Source of the DNA: Oculatellaceae cyanobacterium bins.114 | GTDB taxonomy: Bacteria; Cyanobacteriota; Cyanobacteriia; Elainellales; Elainellaceae | Length of the DNA stretch: 64,000 nt | Reading direction: 5' to 3' | Assembly (NCBI GenBank): GCA_033764315.1 | Contig: JANRJA010000077.1 | Location: forward strand, 1-64,000 | Part shown: one piece after another, positions 10,422 through 22,789 of the stretch | How the letters are laid out: every line of letters starts with the position of its first letter | Position numbering within the stretch: position 1 is the stretch's first letter | Translations under genes and position numbers: made by a program | The notes under the pieces: generated by a model | What the model saw: only the letters and a program-made list of their open reading frames with translations | Database searches by the model: none | Told to the model about the DNA's origin: nothing

Positions 10422-11473
10422 AGCTTTATACCGCGATACCAGGTCTGTCGTCTCAGCCGATAGTAGCGAGCAAATCGTGGAATGTCGCCACGATGCCCCA
10501 TCACAATCACCGTGTCTCCATCCAATAACGGCGTTCGATGATCAGGGTGAATGATGTTGCTGCCATCGGCTCGGCGCAAAGCGATAACAATAAATGTCCC
10601 TTTTCCCTGAATTTCAATTTCACTGATTGTGCTGCCCAGCAGAGGCGACCCTTTAGTGATGGCTAATTCGTCAATTTGCACATCAATTTGAGCCAATAAT
10701 TCATTTAAATTGCTACGCCCATCATTCGGATCAAGCAGGTCAAGCGCAGCTGGATGAGTAATCATATGAGCCATACGCAATGCCCCGATCGCGGCAGGTA
10801 AAACGACGTGATCAGCTCCGGCTTGCTTTAATTTCTTTTCAGTTGTAGGAAATTCTCCTCGCGCCAAAATAATTAATCCAGGATTGAGTCCTCGTGCCGT
10901 TAAGGTAATAAACACGTTCAATGCATCTTCTGATAAAACGGTTGCCAAAACTTTGGCGCGACCAATTCCAGCCGTTTCTAACACGGCTTCATCCGTCGCA
11001 TCGCCAGTCAATACCAAATAACCCAATATCTCGGCTTCAGCAATGCGATCGACATTATTGTCAATTACCACAAAAGACTGCCGAGTCTCTTGCATCTGGC
11101 GTGACAAAATTTGCCCCATCCGCCCAAACCCACAAATAATCACATGTTGTTCCAGAGTTTCAATGTCTCGCATCATCCGCCTCGCATCCAATGCCCGATT
11201 AATTTCACCCTCTGTCACCATTTGAATAAATCCCCCCACGATGTAAACCGCCGATGATGTCCCGGCAATAATCACCAGAATGGTAAACACCCTCAAGAAA
11301 GGAGAAGTGATTGGTCTTACCTCCCCATAACCCACCCCAAAAACCGTAATCACCACCATATAAATGGCATCGAGTGGCGACCATCCTGCAATGATGTAGC
11401 CCGCCACGGCAATGATAATAGTGAGCGAGAAAACAATGGCACCAGAGAGAATGCGGCGAAACGATTGATGCAT
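10418..11473 (-). CDS. Potassium channel with TrkA-N/TrkA-C (RCK) domains
   Basis: VGYGE selectivity filter, CGFGRMG Rossmann motif; start uncertain (11473 vs 11530). Confidence 0.92.
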   Translation of the reverse strand: MHQSFRRILSGAIVFSLTIIIAVAGYIIAGWSPLDAIYMVVITVFGVGYGEVRPITSPFLRVFTILVIIAGTSSAVYIVGGFIQMVTEGEINRALDARRMMRDIETLEQHVIICGFGRMGQILSRQMQETRQSFVVIDNNVDRIAEAEILGYLVLTGDATDEAVLETAGIGRAKVLATVLSEDALNVFITLTARGLNPGLIILARGEFPTTEKKLKQAGADHVVLPAAIGALRMAHMITHPAALDLLDPNDGRSNLNELLAQIDVQIDELAITKGSPLLGSTISEIEIQGKGTFIVIALRRADGSNIIHPDHRTPLLDGDTVIVMGHRGDIPRFARYYRLRRQTWYRGIKL

Positions 11474-11758
11474 AAACGAATGCCCCTTGGCATAGGGCAT
11501 GTTATTGTAGCTGTGTCTTAAATCTGGCAAACCTTACAACACCCTATCTCACCACAATGAGAGCTAGAGCTGAAGTCATAAGCACTACTGCCTTGCCATA
11601 TTTTTTAGAAAGGCTGTGTTGTCGCAACTAAAGAGTTGATTAGGACAGGATGCAACCTCCGTCTCTTAGCCACCAACAGCCCACACGCTCTCGATGTAGA
11701 AATCGGTAATCCTTACTCCAAAATCATTCCTTCTAGAACACTCCCTAGAAGTCAAAAT

Positions 11759-13255
11759 TTAGAAATCGAAATAGATATAAGGCGGCATTTCATTGGGTGC
11801 TAACAACCAGGCAGCAAATAAACAAAGCGGTACTAACAAAATCTTGATCGGAACATTGAGTTGCAACTTAAACCCCCGTTGAACGGTATAAGCAATCCCC
11901 ATTGCCAGCATCACACCCGCTAACAAGACAGCGATGTGCGATCGCTCCATATTTAATGTCTCAACATAGATCTTTTGGGCAAATTGAACATCGGCCACAT
12001 GTCCCCAAAGACGTTGCATAACCAACGCAGAATCTCGCAAGTCTGGTAAGCGAAAGAAAATCCAGGCAAAAAAGACGGTGAATTGAGTCACGGCCCACGC
12101 TGTGATTGTGCCTGGAATAGTTTTCCAAAACTGCTGTAACGGTAGCCACTGTTTAGATAGGGCATCTGTTAAGCGGTGCACCACTAAAAATAAACCGTGC
12201 AAGAGCCCCCAAACTACAAAGCCCCAAGCTGCGCCATGCCAGATTCCGGCGATCGCCATAATGATTAAAAGATTGAGACAAGTTCTGAGCAGTCCCTGAC
12301 GAGACCCTCCCAACGGAAAGTAAAGGTAATTCCGCAACCAATCTCCCAGGGTCATGTGCCACCGTCGCCAAAAGTCAGCAATGCTAGTGCTGAGATAGGG
12401 AAAGTTGAAGTTTTGGGGAAGCTCAATTCCTAATAACAACGCACTCCCACGAGCAACATCGACATAGCCACTAAAGTCTAGATAAAGCTGTAGACCATAC
12501 GCGACAGTCGCTAGCCAGAGATCACCACTGCCTGCCCGTTCCAGGTTATCGAAACTGAGATTAACGAGGGTCGCTAAGTGATCCGCTAACAACAGTTTTT
12601 TTACGGCTCCACAGGCAATCAACCACAACCCCTCCACAATTTGAGCAACCGCTGGAAATTGCAGAGTTTGAAATTGCGCCGCTAAGGGATGAAAGCGGGT
12701 AATTGGCCCCGAAATTAACTTGGCAAAAAATAGCTTATAGGCTGAAAATTTCAGCAAATCGTAAGTGGCAGGGGCACCTCGATAAACATCAATTAAATAG
12801 GCAATACACTCAAAACAAAAGAAGCTAATCCCTAAGGGGGCAATCAGGTGCTGCCCCACCCACTCAGCATTAGCCTGCGCTACAGGAAGTTGTAAGAGCG
12901 TTCCCACAGAAGAGAGCAGGAAAGGAATGTACTTAAATCCCAGCAGTAATAGGACATTAAGGACAATTCCAAAAATGAGAACTCTAAGACGGCGACTGCT
13001 CCAATCCTGTTGAGCAAACTCCCAATTTTCATTCTCAATCCGCCAATCAACCGGAGCACTCAAGGCGATTCCCAGGCGAAACGTGATGAACATCATCACT
13101 AACAACAAAGGAATGTACTGGAGTTGTAAAGAACTGTAAAAGACGAGGCTGGCAAGCACAAGAATGCCTAGTTTGAGCGATCGCCTCTCAACAGACCAAT
13201 AAACACCCAACACGCTAAGCAGGAATAGCCCATAAATAATTGATAAAAACGCCAT
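11759..13255 (-). CDS. MBOAT O-acyltransferase (AlgI/DltB family)
   Basis: PLGISFF, SGPI, LYLDFSGY, FWRRWHMTL, GIWHG. Confidence 0.92.
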   Translation of the reverse strand: MAFLSIIYGLFLLSVLGVYWSVERRSLKLGILVLASLVFYSSLQLQYIPLLLVMMFITFRLGIALSAPVDWRIENENWEFAQQDWSSRRLRVLIFGIVLNVLLLLGFKYIPFLLSSVGTLLQLPVAQANAEWVGQHLIAPLGISFFCFECIAYLIDVYRGAPATYDLLKFSAYKLFFAKLISGPITRFHPLAAQFQTLQFPAVAQIVEGLWLIACGAVKKLLLADHLATLVNLSFDNLERAGSGDLWLATVAYGLQLYLDFSGYVDVARGSALLLGIELPQNFNFPYLSTSIADFWRRWHMTLGDWLRNYLYFPLGGSRQGLLRTCLNLLIIMAIAGIWHGAAWGFVVWGLLHGLFLVVHRLTDALSKQWLPLQQFWKTIPGTITAWAVTQFTVFFAWIFFRLPDLRDSALVMQRLWGHVADVQFAQKIYVETLNMERSHIAVLLAGVMLAMGIAYTVQRGFKLQLNVPIKILLVPLCLFAAWLLAPNEMPPYIYFDF

Positions 13256-13517
13256 GCCTAATTGAGAATTACGATGTTCAAACGGAGCTTGCACGAATAT
13301 TACACCTTACAACCCCTATGAGCAGCAGCCCGACATGATTTATGAAAAAAAGAATGGCACTCAGCCTCTAGGTCAGAGTTTCTCCTAGCCTTAAGGCGAA
13401 TATCTGCCTAACCATATTGAGCCCTATTAACAGGGGCTAATCAGGGTTAAAAGCCTTTTCCTGAGAGCTTTCTTAGAGTTACACCACACGACCAAGCCTG
13501 CCGAGGATGAGAAGTTA

Positions 13518-13569
13518 TTTACAGAACTTTGTAAACTTTCTTGAAAAAATCCCCAAAACCCACTATATT
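13518..13569 (+). promoter_or_regulatory. psbA promoter with upstream TTTACA-N6-TGTAAA palindrome
   Basis: -35 TTGAAA (13541), 17 bp spacer, -10 TATATT (13564); palindrome at 13518-13535. Confidence 0.6.
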
Positions 13570-13632
13570 AATTGTTAAGCAAGGTTTACTTGCGCATACA
13601 TTTTTTAATCTAATTCACTGGACTCATCAATT

Positions 13633-14715
13633 ATGACGACTGTACTTCAGAAGCGCGAGAGTGCTAATCTGTGGGAGCAATTTTGTCAGTGGGTCACTAG
13701 CACCGAGAATCGCCTGTATGTAGGTTGGTTCGGCGTGTTAATGATTCCTACCCTGCTCGCTGCCACCATCTGTTTCATCATCGCCTTCGTTGCTGCACCT
13801 CCTGTAGACATCGATGGTATCCGTGAGCCTGTTGCAGGTTCCTTGATGTTCGGTAACAACATCATCTCCGGTGCTGTTGTGCCTTCCTCTAACGCCATTG
13901 GCTTGCACTTCTACCCCATCTGGGAAGCCGCTTCCCTCGATGAGTGGTTGTACAACGGTGGTCCTTACCAGTTGGTTGTATTCCACTTTTTGATTGGCGT
14001 ATTTTGCTACATGGGACGTGAGTGGGAATTGTCCTACCGTTTGGGTATGCGTCCTTGGATCTGTGTTGCTTACTCTGCTCCTGTTGCAGCAGCGACTGCA
14101 GTCTTCTTGATCTACCCCATCGGACAAGGTTCCTTCTCTGACGGCATGCCTTTGGGTATCTCTGGTACCTTCAACTTCATGTTTGTGTTCCAAGCTGAGC
14201 ACAACATTCTGATGCACCCCTTCCACATGTTGGGTGTGGCAGGCGTCTTCGGTGGTAGCTTGTTCTCCGCGATGCACGGTTCTTTGGTGACTTCTTCCTT
14301 GGTTCGTGAGACCACTGAAGTTGAATCTCAGAACTATGGTTACAAGTTTGGACAAGAGGAAGAGACTTACAACATCGTTGCGGCTCACGGCTACTTCGGT
14401 CGTTTGATCTTCCAATATGCTTCTTTCAACAACTCTCGTGCATTGCACTTCTTCTTGGGTGCATGGCCAGTGATTGGGATTTGGTTCACTGCATTGGGCA
14501 TCAGCACAATGGCGTTCAACCTGAACGGGTTCAACTTCAACCAGTCCATCATTGATTCTCAAGGTCGTGTTGTTAGCACTTGGGCAGACATCCTCAACCG
14601 TGCCAACTTGGGTATGGAAGTGATGCACGAGCGCAATGCTCACAACTTCCCACTTGATTTGGCGGCTGGCGAAGCGGCTCCTGTTGCTCTCACGGCTCCT
14701 CAAATCAACGGTTAA
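13633..14715 (+). CDS. psbA: Photosystem II D1 protein (standard form, Gln130)
   Basis: Canonical 360-aa D1; Mn-cluster ligands D170, E189, H332, E333, D342, A344 retained; GGPYQL. Confidence 0.99.
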   Translation: MTTVLQKRESANLWEQFCQWVTSTENRLYVGWFGVLMIPTLLAATICFIIAFVAAPPVDIDGIREPVAGSLMFGNNIISGAVVPSSNAIGLHFYPIWEAASLDEWLYNGGPYQLVVFHFLIGVFCYMGREWELSYRLGMRPWICVAYSAPVAAATAVFLIYPIGQGSFSDGMPLGISGTFNFMFVFQAEHNILMHPFHMLGVAGVFGGSLFSAMHGSLVTSSLVRETTEVESQNYGYKFGQEEETYNIVAAHGYFGRLIFQYASFNNSRALHFFLGAWPVIGIWFTALGISTMAFNLNGFNFNQSIIDSQGRVVSTWADILNRANLGMEVMHERNAHNFPLDLAAGEAAPVALTAPQING

Positions 14716-14767
14716 TTTCTCTAGCTCGAAAGCATTTGCAGTAGTGTTGCAAAATTAACTGAAAATT

Positions 14768-14798
14768 AAAGCGATCCCCATTGTGGGATCGCTTTTTT
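14768..14798 (+). terminator. Rho-independent terminator after psbA
   Basis: AAAGCGATCCC-cattgt-GGGATCGC followed by a T run. Confidence 0.85.
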
Positions 14799-14980
14799 GC
14801 TGGTAATCTCTGAGTTTGTTTCAATTTTTTGAATTTCAACTTAATTTAAGGTTTTGGTTTTTGCCGAGGTTGATTGCGCTCCCCATTGCCTCATTTCATG
14901 ACTCGCTCACTGAATGACCTCCTTAAAAGACGGTTTTAAATCAGCTGCAATTTACCTAAGTCCACCCATTACCTGCGTTC

Positions 14981-15814
14981 ATGAGTCGTTTTCAGAAAAA
15001 TTACACCATTCTCATTGCTTGTACTGGCAAAGCACCGATTACACTATCGTTTCAACCACTCGTCGTGATGACCGCAATCGCGATCGCAGTGACTCTCCCT
15101 GCTATCTCAATTTTCCGGGTTATTCATTCCTACGCTCAACAAAACTCTCAACTGACTGAAAAAAATCAGGCATTAACTCAGGAAGCATCCAACATTTTAG
15201 ACAAGGTTGAGGGTCTGGAGACCGAGATCAACACCCTCCAGGAACGAGCAGGGTTAGAGGAAGCTACAAGCTCTGACGAAGTTCCACCAGAAGGGGGGAT
15301 CGGTGCCCCAGTTGAAGCCGAAGTTTTATTAGCTGTAGCAAGAGCAAAATTACCCGTTTTGCAGGCAGATTTGCGAGGAGAGGTGCGCCCCGCTTTAGAA
15401 CAGACCTTAGATCGAGAAGACGCTCGCCCAGTTGGGATTCCGATTAAGGAGCAGGTTGAGATCTCATCAGAGTTTGGGGTGCGGCGCAATCCATTTGGTC
15501 GTAGCTATGAGTTTCATAGTGGTTTAGATTTTAAGGGTGCAATCGGAACCCCCATTCACGCTACAGCCCCAGGGGTTGTGATCAAAGCAGAGTGGAATGG
15601 AGGATACGGCTATCATGTCATTGTGGATCACGGCTACGGTTATCAAACCCTGTATGCTCACTTGTCTAGAATGGCTGTGACGCAGGGAACACTATTAGAA
15701 CGCGATCGCGTTGTAGGCTTTTTAGGCAACACAGGGCGTTCAAGCGGACCGCATCTCCACTATGGTGTCTATCGAAATGGGCATGCAGTAGATCCAAAGT
15801 CTTATCTGGACTGA
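14981..15814 (+). CDS. M23-family peptidoglycan metallopeptidase
   Basis: TM helix, coiled coil, HSGLD and PHLHY zinc motifs. Confidence 0.93.
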   Translation: MSRFQKNYTILIACTGKAPITLSFQPLVVMTAIAIAVTLPAISIFRVIHSYAQQNSQLTEKNQALTQEASNILDKVEGLETEINTLQERAGLEEATSSDEVPPEGGIGAPVEAEVLLAVARAKLPVLQADLRGEVRPALEQTLDREDARPVGIPIKEQVEISSEFGVRRNPFGRSYEFHSGLDFKGAIGTPIHATAPGVVIKAEWNGGYGYHVIVDHGYGYQTLYAHLSRMAVTQGTLLERDRVVGFLGNTGRSSGPHLHYGVYRNGHAVDPKSYLD

Positions 15815-15843
15815 ATCCATCTTGATTGATAAGGACAAACGTC

Positions 15844-16239
15844 ATGTTCGGGCGAAAGCAAACAACTTCGTTGACCTATCTCAGTGCCACCAGCGAATTT
15901 CAAGGCACCTTAAATGTTGAAGGCAATCTTCGTGTGGATGGCATCATTCATGGGACGGTTGAAGTACGCGGCGATATGGAGATTTCGCAATCTGGATTGG
16001 TCGAAGGACCTGAGCTACGAGCACGAAATTTAGTCGTGCATGGAGTCGTCAAAGCCAGAGTCATTGCTGAAGGTCGCTTGACACTGTCGCGTACAGCTCG
16101 AATTGAGGGAGATGTGACCGCTAACTCATTGGATATTGAAGCGGGAGCGTTTTATGTGGGCTATATCTCAACGAATGATACTAAAACACTGCCGGGTACG
16201 GGTCGCTTGCCAGAACTGCTAGGGGGAGACAAGGAATGA
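15844..16239 (+). CDS. Bactofilin (polymer-forming cytoskeletal protein)
   Basis: FQGTL.VEGNLRVDG.IHG...IEGDV....L.IE.GA beta-helix pattern. Confidence 0.9.
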   Translation: MFGRKQTTSLTYLSATSEFQGTLNVEGNLRVDGIIHGTVEVRGDMEISQSGLVEGPELRARNLVVHGVVKARVIAEGRLTLSRTARIEGDVTANSLDIEAGAFYVGYISTNDTKTLPGTGRLPELLGGDKE

Positions 16240-16317
16240 GGATAGAGGGCAGGAAATAGAGTAGTGGAATGCTCTCATTCATTCCCACTCTCACTGACTC
16301 CCATTCTTCCAGGCTTT

Positions 16318-17370
16318 CTAAGGAAGCCTAATATACCTTCTCAAGAGTTGCCACAGGCGTGACAGGAAGGTTTGAACGAGGTTAGGGGACGATCGCTGTT
16401 TTAGTGGCTTGCGAATGAAAATAGAGCTGTTGATAGGGGGTAACAATCCTGCGATCGCTGAGATTTCATATAAGGCATATTCTCCACTTTTCCCAGGAAT
16501 CTCGATCTGCCACTGTTGTTTGACAGACACCAGATCCTTCACTTGGGCGTGAGTTTCCTCAGAAATCAGCAGCGTGGTGCCCAATGTTTTATTGGCAGCT
16601 TCAATGCGACTGGCGAGGTTAACGGCATCCCCGATCGCCGTCATGCGCTGGCTCTGGAGGGAGGCTCCCACTGCACCAATCACCACATTGCCATAGTGGA
16701 CGCCAATGCCAATTCTGAGTTGGCGGTGATAGAGGCTGTCGAGATAGGCATTAAACCGTTGCATCGCTTTTTGCATTTCAACGGCGGCCATAACGGCTCG
16801 TTCTGCGGCGCGATCGCCCTGATCAACCCCAAACAACGCCATTAACCCATCGCCCATATAGTTATTGATGACGCCACCATAACGCTCGATGACCCGTCCC
16901 ATCCGTTTGAAATAACGATTTAGGACATAAATGACATCGTATGGGGGTAAGGCTTCAGCAAAGGTGGTAAATCCGCGCAAATCAGCAAACAAGATAGCCA
17001 GTTGTCGTTCTTCACCAATGGAGCTGAGCTTAGTTTTGCCGCTGATTTGTTGATCAATCAACTCCACATCTTCAGCATCGAGAGCCAGCCGTCTTACTGT
17101 AATTCTGCCTTTGCCCAATACCTGAGTCTGACAGGCTAAACGAATTCGGGGTTCAAACTGTAACCGTTTGGCTAATGCGGCTTCTGCATCATTGCGGGGG
17201 GCACAGTGTTCTAGCCCATCCAATACCCAAACCCGGCAGGTCGAGCACCGGGCACTGCCACCACAAACATGAGTATGAGGGATGCCAGCACAGAGGGATG
17301 ATTCTAGAAGCGTCTCTGATTCATCGGCTTGAATCAGTTGCTCATCTGGGAGATAGTAGATGTCCGGCAT
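16318..17370 (-). CDS. 2Fe-2S ferredoxin / class III nucleotide cyclase fusion
   Basis: CGGSARCSTC...RLACQ; FADLRGFT, YMGDG, GDAVNLASRIE. Confidence 0.9.
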   Translation of the reverse strand: MPDIYYLPDEQLIQADESETLLESSLCAGIPHTHVCGGSARCSTCRVWVLDGLEHCAPRNDAEAALAKRLQFEPRIRLACQTQVLGKGRITVRRLALDAEDVELIDQQISGKTKLSSIGEERQLAILFADLRGFTTFAEALPPYDVIYVLNRYFKRMGRVIERYGGVINNYMGDGLMALFGVDQGDRAAERAVMAAVEMQKAMQRFNAYLDSLYHRQLRIGIGVHYGNVVIGAVGASLQSQRMTAIGDAVNLASRIEAANKTLGTTLLISEETHAQVKDLVSVKQQWQIEIPGKSGEYALYEISAIAGLLPPINSSIFIRKPLKQRSSPNLVQTFLSRLWQLLRRYIRLP

Positions 17371-17586
17371 AGGAAAAACTCTAGAAATTGCAGGGTTAAG
17401 CCTTTGACAAGGAAAGAGATGGCAGGTTTACGGTGGGTTTGGGTGAAATCGTGTGGCAGTCGAAGGGCTAAACCAAAACGAGTTGACCCAAGTGCGGATG
17501 GGACATAAACACCCAAAAAACAGCGTACAAATCTGTCTTTCATCCCGTAATTAGATCAGCACTGGTTCAAGGTTGTCATCCGGAAA

Positions 17587-17613
17587 TTAGCAATCACACC
17601 CGTAGAGTGCTAA
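17587..17613 (+). promoter_or_regulatory. CIRCE element (HrcA operator)
   Basis: TTAGCAATC-N9-GAGTGCTAA, one mismatch from consensus, 29 bp upstream of groEL. Confidence 0.9.
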
Positions 17614-17627
17614 ATTCGGGTAGGTGA

Positions 17628-19337
<1,710 letters not shown>

Positions 19338-19475
19338 GCCGTTCAAGAACCCAGCCTGGGGGAAGCTTTCCCCAAACCTTTACTACCGTCTGAATTGAAT
19401 ATGGCAAGGAGGCAAGGGATATCTCTTTTGCCTCCTGTTTTTTCTCTGCCATGAGCAGATTTACTCAGCAGATTA

Positions 19476-20012
19476 CTAATGTTGCATCCACGGTGGGTTA
19501 AGAGAGGCGATCGCCCCATAGACAGGGCATTCCTCATCATGTGCCCCCGCCAGATACCCCGTACTCATCAAAAACTCCCCGACAATTTCGCCTCCCGTGA
19601 AACGAAAGGTCTTCTTAAACAATTTGACCCATTCGGGTTTGCTGAGGGGATGAAACTGATCTAACCAGGCCGCGAAAGAGCCATATTCCCCACGAATCTT
19701 TTGCAAAGCTTGAGCATTTGCGATCGCGGCATCAATTTTGAGACGATTCCGAATAATATTAGGGTCGCTTAACAGACGGAGGCGATCGCGCTCCCCATAC
19801 GCTGCAACTACATCAATGTTGAACTGATCGTAAGCCTGTCGAAAGCCCTCCCGTTTCTTGAGGATCGTCAGCCATGACAATCCGGCTTGATTAATTTCTA
19901 GAATGAGGCGTTCAAACAACAGGTGATCATCCCGCAAAGGAAATCCGTATTCAAACTCGTGATAAGGACCGTGAAACAAATGACCTGGGGCAATTTGGCA
20001 ATAACTGGTCAT
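19476..20012 (-). CDS. tag: DNA-3-methyladenine glycosylase I
   Basis: YH..EYG, EINQAGLSWLTILKKR, IIRNRLKI, GAHDEEC. Confidence 0.92.
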   Translation of the reverse strand: MTSYCQIAPGHLFHGPYHEFEYGFPLRDDHLLFERLILEINQAGLSWLTILKKREGFRQAYDQFNIDVVAAYGERDRLRLLSDPNIIRNRLKIDAAIANAQALQKIRGEYGSFAAWLDQFHPLSKPEWVKLFKKTFRFTGGEIVGEFLMSTGYLAGAHDEECPVYGAIASLNPPWMQH

Positions 20013-20095
20013 GGGGTGATGAGCAAAAACAAGAGATGAGGAAGTGCTCTTAATGTACTGGAAAGTTTACAAGGAGCCAATCCTTACTATTCTCG

Positions 20096-22393
20096 CTACT
20101 CAATTGAGGCCGATTTGACATGACGTTGAGCAACCGCGATCGCCCTGAGATCTGACCGTTGATCTAAAAATCGGGGTCTCAACAAGATCTTAAATAACAA
20201 GCCCAACGACTGAAACTCTCCTGGAGAACAGCGGCTTTTCCACTGTCCTGGACGGCAATAGAGCAGTTCGATTAAGCCGCGCTGGTGTTTGAGATCAAGC
20301 GGCTCAAATACAATTCGCATGACGGGAAACTCTTGACTTAAGTCAACCTGAGCCACGTAACCTGGAAGGTCTAAGGCTTCCTCCATTAAGCTCAACTGAA
20401 CTGGAACTGTACTTGCTTCATTTATCTCAGGGATGTCAGTTGGGGTCAATGCTACTTCTGCGCCCACTTCTGAGACGGCTGTCGTAAAGCCCCAAAGCGT
20501 TTGCTGCCCGATCTGAAGCCGCACAGTTCGTCTTAGTCCATACCACTCATAAGGACTGGTGCGCGGCACATCCACTAAAACCAACAGAGCAACACTCAGC
20601 ATCAGTAAGTTATAGGCACTCCAAATCCAGCCCAGTCCGATCCCTTTTAGTTGCTCTGCGACTTCTAACGGCATACTGGGTTGCCAAGTTCCCATAATCA
20701 AATACGTGCCCAGGTTCATCCACAAACTCATCGCCGTTACGATAAACATCGCAATGAGCGGCCATGCAAGTTGCCAGTTAAACGAAAAGCGATCGCTCAC
20801 GCCTCCTTTGGGGGTGACTTGGAAACCCTTACCAAACGGATTGAGCATGACTTTAATGACGGTCAGTGCCAACGGAAATACTAAAACCAGTGAATAAACA
20901 TCTGACAATACTGCCGAGCGAGAGCGAGAATTTAACCAGGCAAAGGCGGTCAGTTGCACCAGATAAAACGGCACAAAGAAATACAGCACGTCTGCCCCAG
21001 TCGCTCGAACAGGAATGACATGCAAAAACGCATACGCCAAAGGAATGAATAGCAAACCAACACGAGCTGGGCTAGTAAACCAGTGCAGCAATCCTTCGAG
21101 ATGTGCCAGACGCTGCAATACGTTCAAACCTGGAATTGTCAAAGGATTTGTTTTGATAAAAAAGGCTTGCAAGGTTCCCTGGGCCCATCGAGTGCGTTGC
21201 AACGCTTGAACTGAAATATTCTCAGCGGCTAACCCCGCACTCAGTTTCTCATTCAAATAGAGCACACGGTAGCCTTTTGCGGCTAGCCGGATGCCAGTGA
21301 AGTAATCTTCGCTCAGCGACTCCGTGACAAAACAGCCCGCTGCCACCAGTGCCGATCGCCTGACAACAAATGAAGTGCCTGCGCAAATCACACCCCCGAC
21401 TCCATCGCGGATAGGCTGAATTTGTCGATAAAATACCTCTTCATCGGGGGTGAGGGTATTTTCTAAGCCTAAATTTCGGGCGATCGGGTCAGGATTGTAA
21501 AACGTCTGAGGGGTTTGCACCAGAGCCACTTGAGAATCTTGAAAAAAGCCAACAGTGCGAGTCAAAAAGTTTCGAGTTGGCACAAAGTCAGCATCAAAAA
21601 CAACGATCAAGTCGCCACTGGTGTGAGGCAGCGTGTGATTTAAATTCCCGGCTTTGGCATGGCGGTTGTCGGGGCGGGTGCGATATTCACACCCTAGCTC
21701 TGCGGCCAAAGCTTGCACTTCTGGGCGGCGAGTGTCATCCAGCAAATAAATCTGTTTGGCGGCATAGTCTAACGCCTGACAACCAATCACGGTGCGCCGC
21801 AAAATGAAGGTTGGTTCGTTATAGGTGGGAATTAAAATATCAACCGTCGGCGTAAAGGTGCCGTTGACAACGTCGATCGCCAGTCGATCTGCTTCGGGGC
21901 GTCGGTCGTGAGTGCGAAGCAATAACAACAGTTGAATGATGCCACCGCTCAACAGCATCAGTTCCATTGCAAACAGGCCAATGCTAAACACCCCATTGAG
22001 TGGGGTACTGAGATTGAGTGTCGAGAGCGATCGCCACAACAAATAGCGCACCGCGAGAATCAGCAAAATACTGACCACCAGAGTTCTTGACCAAACGCGA
22101 GGGTGCGGAGATAGTTTGATGATGGCTAGCACCAACAACATCAGTGCCACTGCCCAGACCAAGAGATAATTTCCCACCATCATGGGGACTTCAATCCACA
22201 TGGGAGGGTGTTCTTGCAACTGATTTAGCCGATAAAAAAGGGTACTGATGGTGCCTTCTCCCGCAAACCAGGCAGCGGCGATCGCGCCTGATAACATCAC
22301 CATTCCCAACATCACCAACGTGGCAACGTGAGGAGATGATTTGCAACGACGAAGCCGTGAGATGGGATGGCGAGGATGCAAAGCCGTCATCAA
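20096..22393 (-). CDS. Cellulose synthase-like GT2 (BcsA-like, degenerate PilZ)
   Basis: PTYNE, LLDD, HAKAGNLN, FDADF, SED and QRTRW motifs; multiple TM segments. Confidence 0.9.
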   Translation of the reverse strand: MMTALHPRHPISRLRRCKSSPHVATLVMLGMVMLSGAIAAAWFAGEGTISTLFYRLNQLQEHPPMWIEVPMMVGNYLLVWAVALMLLVLAIIKLSPHPRVWSRTLVVSILLILAVRYLLWRSLSTLNLSTPLNGVFSIGLFAMELMLLSGGIIQLLLLLRTHDRRPEADRLAIDVVNGTFTPTVDILIPTYNEPTFILRRTVIGCQALDYAAKQIYLLDDTRRPEVQALAAELGCEYRTRPDNRHAKAGNLNHTLPHTSGDLIVVFDADFVPTRNFLTRTVGFFQDSQVALVQTPQTFYNPDPIARNLGLENTLTPDEEVFYRQIQPIRDGVGGVICAGTSFVVRRSALVAAGCFVTESLSEDYFTGIRLAAKGYRVLYLNEKLSAGLAAENISVQALQRTRWAQGTLQAFFIKTNPLTIPGLNVLQRLAHLEGLLHWFTSPARVGLLFIPLAYAFLHVIPVRATGADVLYFFVPFYLVQLTAFAWLNSRSRSAVLSDVYSLVLVFPLALTVIKVMLNPFGKGFQVTPKGGVSDRFSFNWQLAWPLIAMFIVTAMSLWMNLGTYLIMGTWQPSMPLEVAEQLKGIGLGWIWSAYNLLMLSVALLVLVDVPRTSPYEWYGLRRTVRLQIGQQTLWGFTTAVSEVGAEVALTPTDIPEINEASTVPVQLSLMEEALDLPGYVAQVDLSQEFPVMRIVFEPLDLKHQRGLIELLYCRPGQWKSRCSPGEFQSLGLLFKILLRPRFLDQRSDLRAIAVAQRHVKSASIE

Positions 22394-22789
22394 TTTAACT
22401 CCGTATCAATCGACAGAATAACCCTGCCAACTCTAGAGAAATTTTTAGAATTGGTAGGTTTTATACCCACTTAAATAGCCATCGTTACAGCTTATTGATA
22501 GAGGCTTATTATGATAAACTTCTACAGCCAAATAAGATGAACACGGTCTACTGAAATCGGTATTGAATCATGGCAAATTACCGCCATAGTGACATGAGCT
22601 TTCGGTCTCAAGATGAGGAGAGACTGAGTATTTTCTAAAAATGGATCTATTCTTTAAAACTGAGAAATTTACTTAGAGAAACCTCAGCTTAATTTCAGTT
22701 TTCTAAATCTATTTCTTATACAAGAAGTATTTTTTCAAAAGTTAGCCAAGCTAAGATGACTGAATAGGTTGAAGACTGCCTAAAGCCTC

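Noticed and set aside
13738-14703. 321-aa ORF antisense to psbA
   Set aside because: Shadow of the strong psbA codon bias; no motifs
13633-14715. Possible rogue, far-red or microaerobic D1
   Set aside because: Mn ligands and C-terminal processing site are standard; Q130 form
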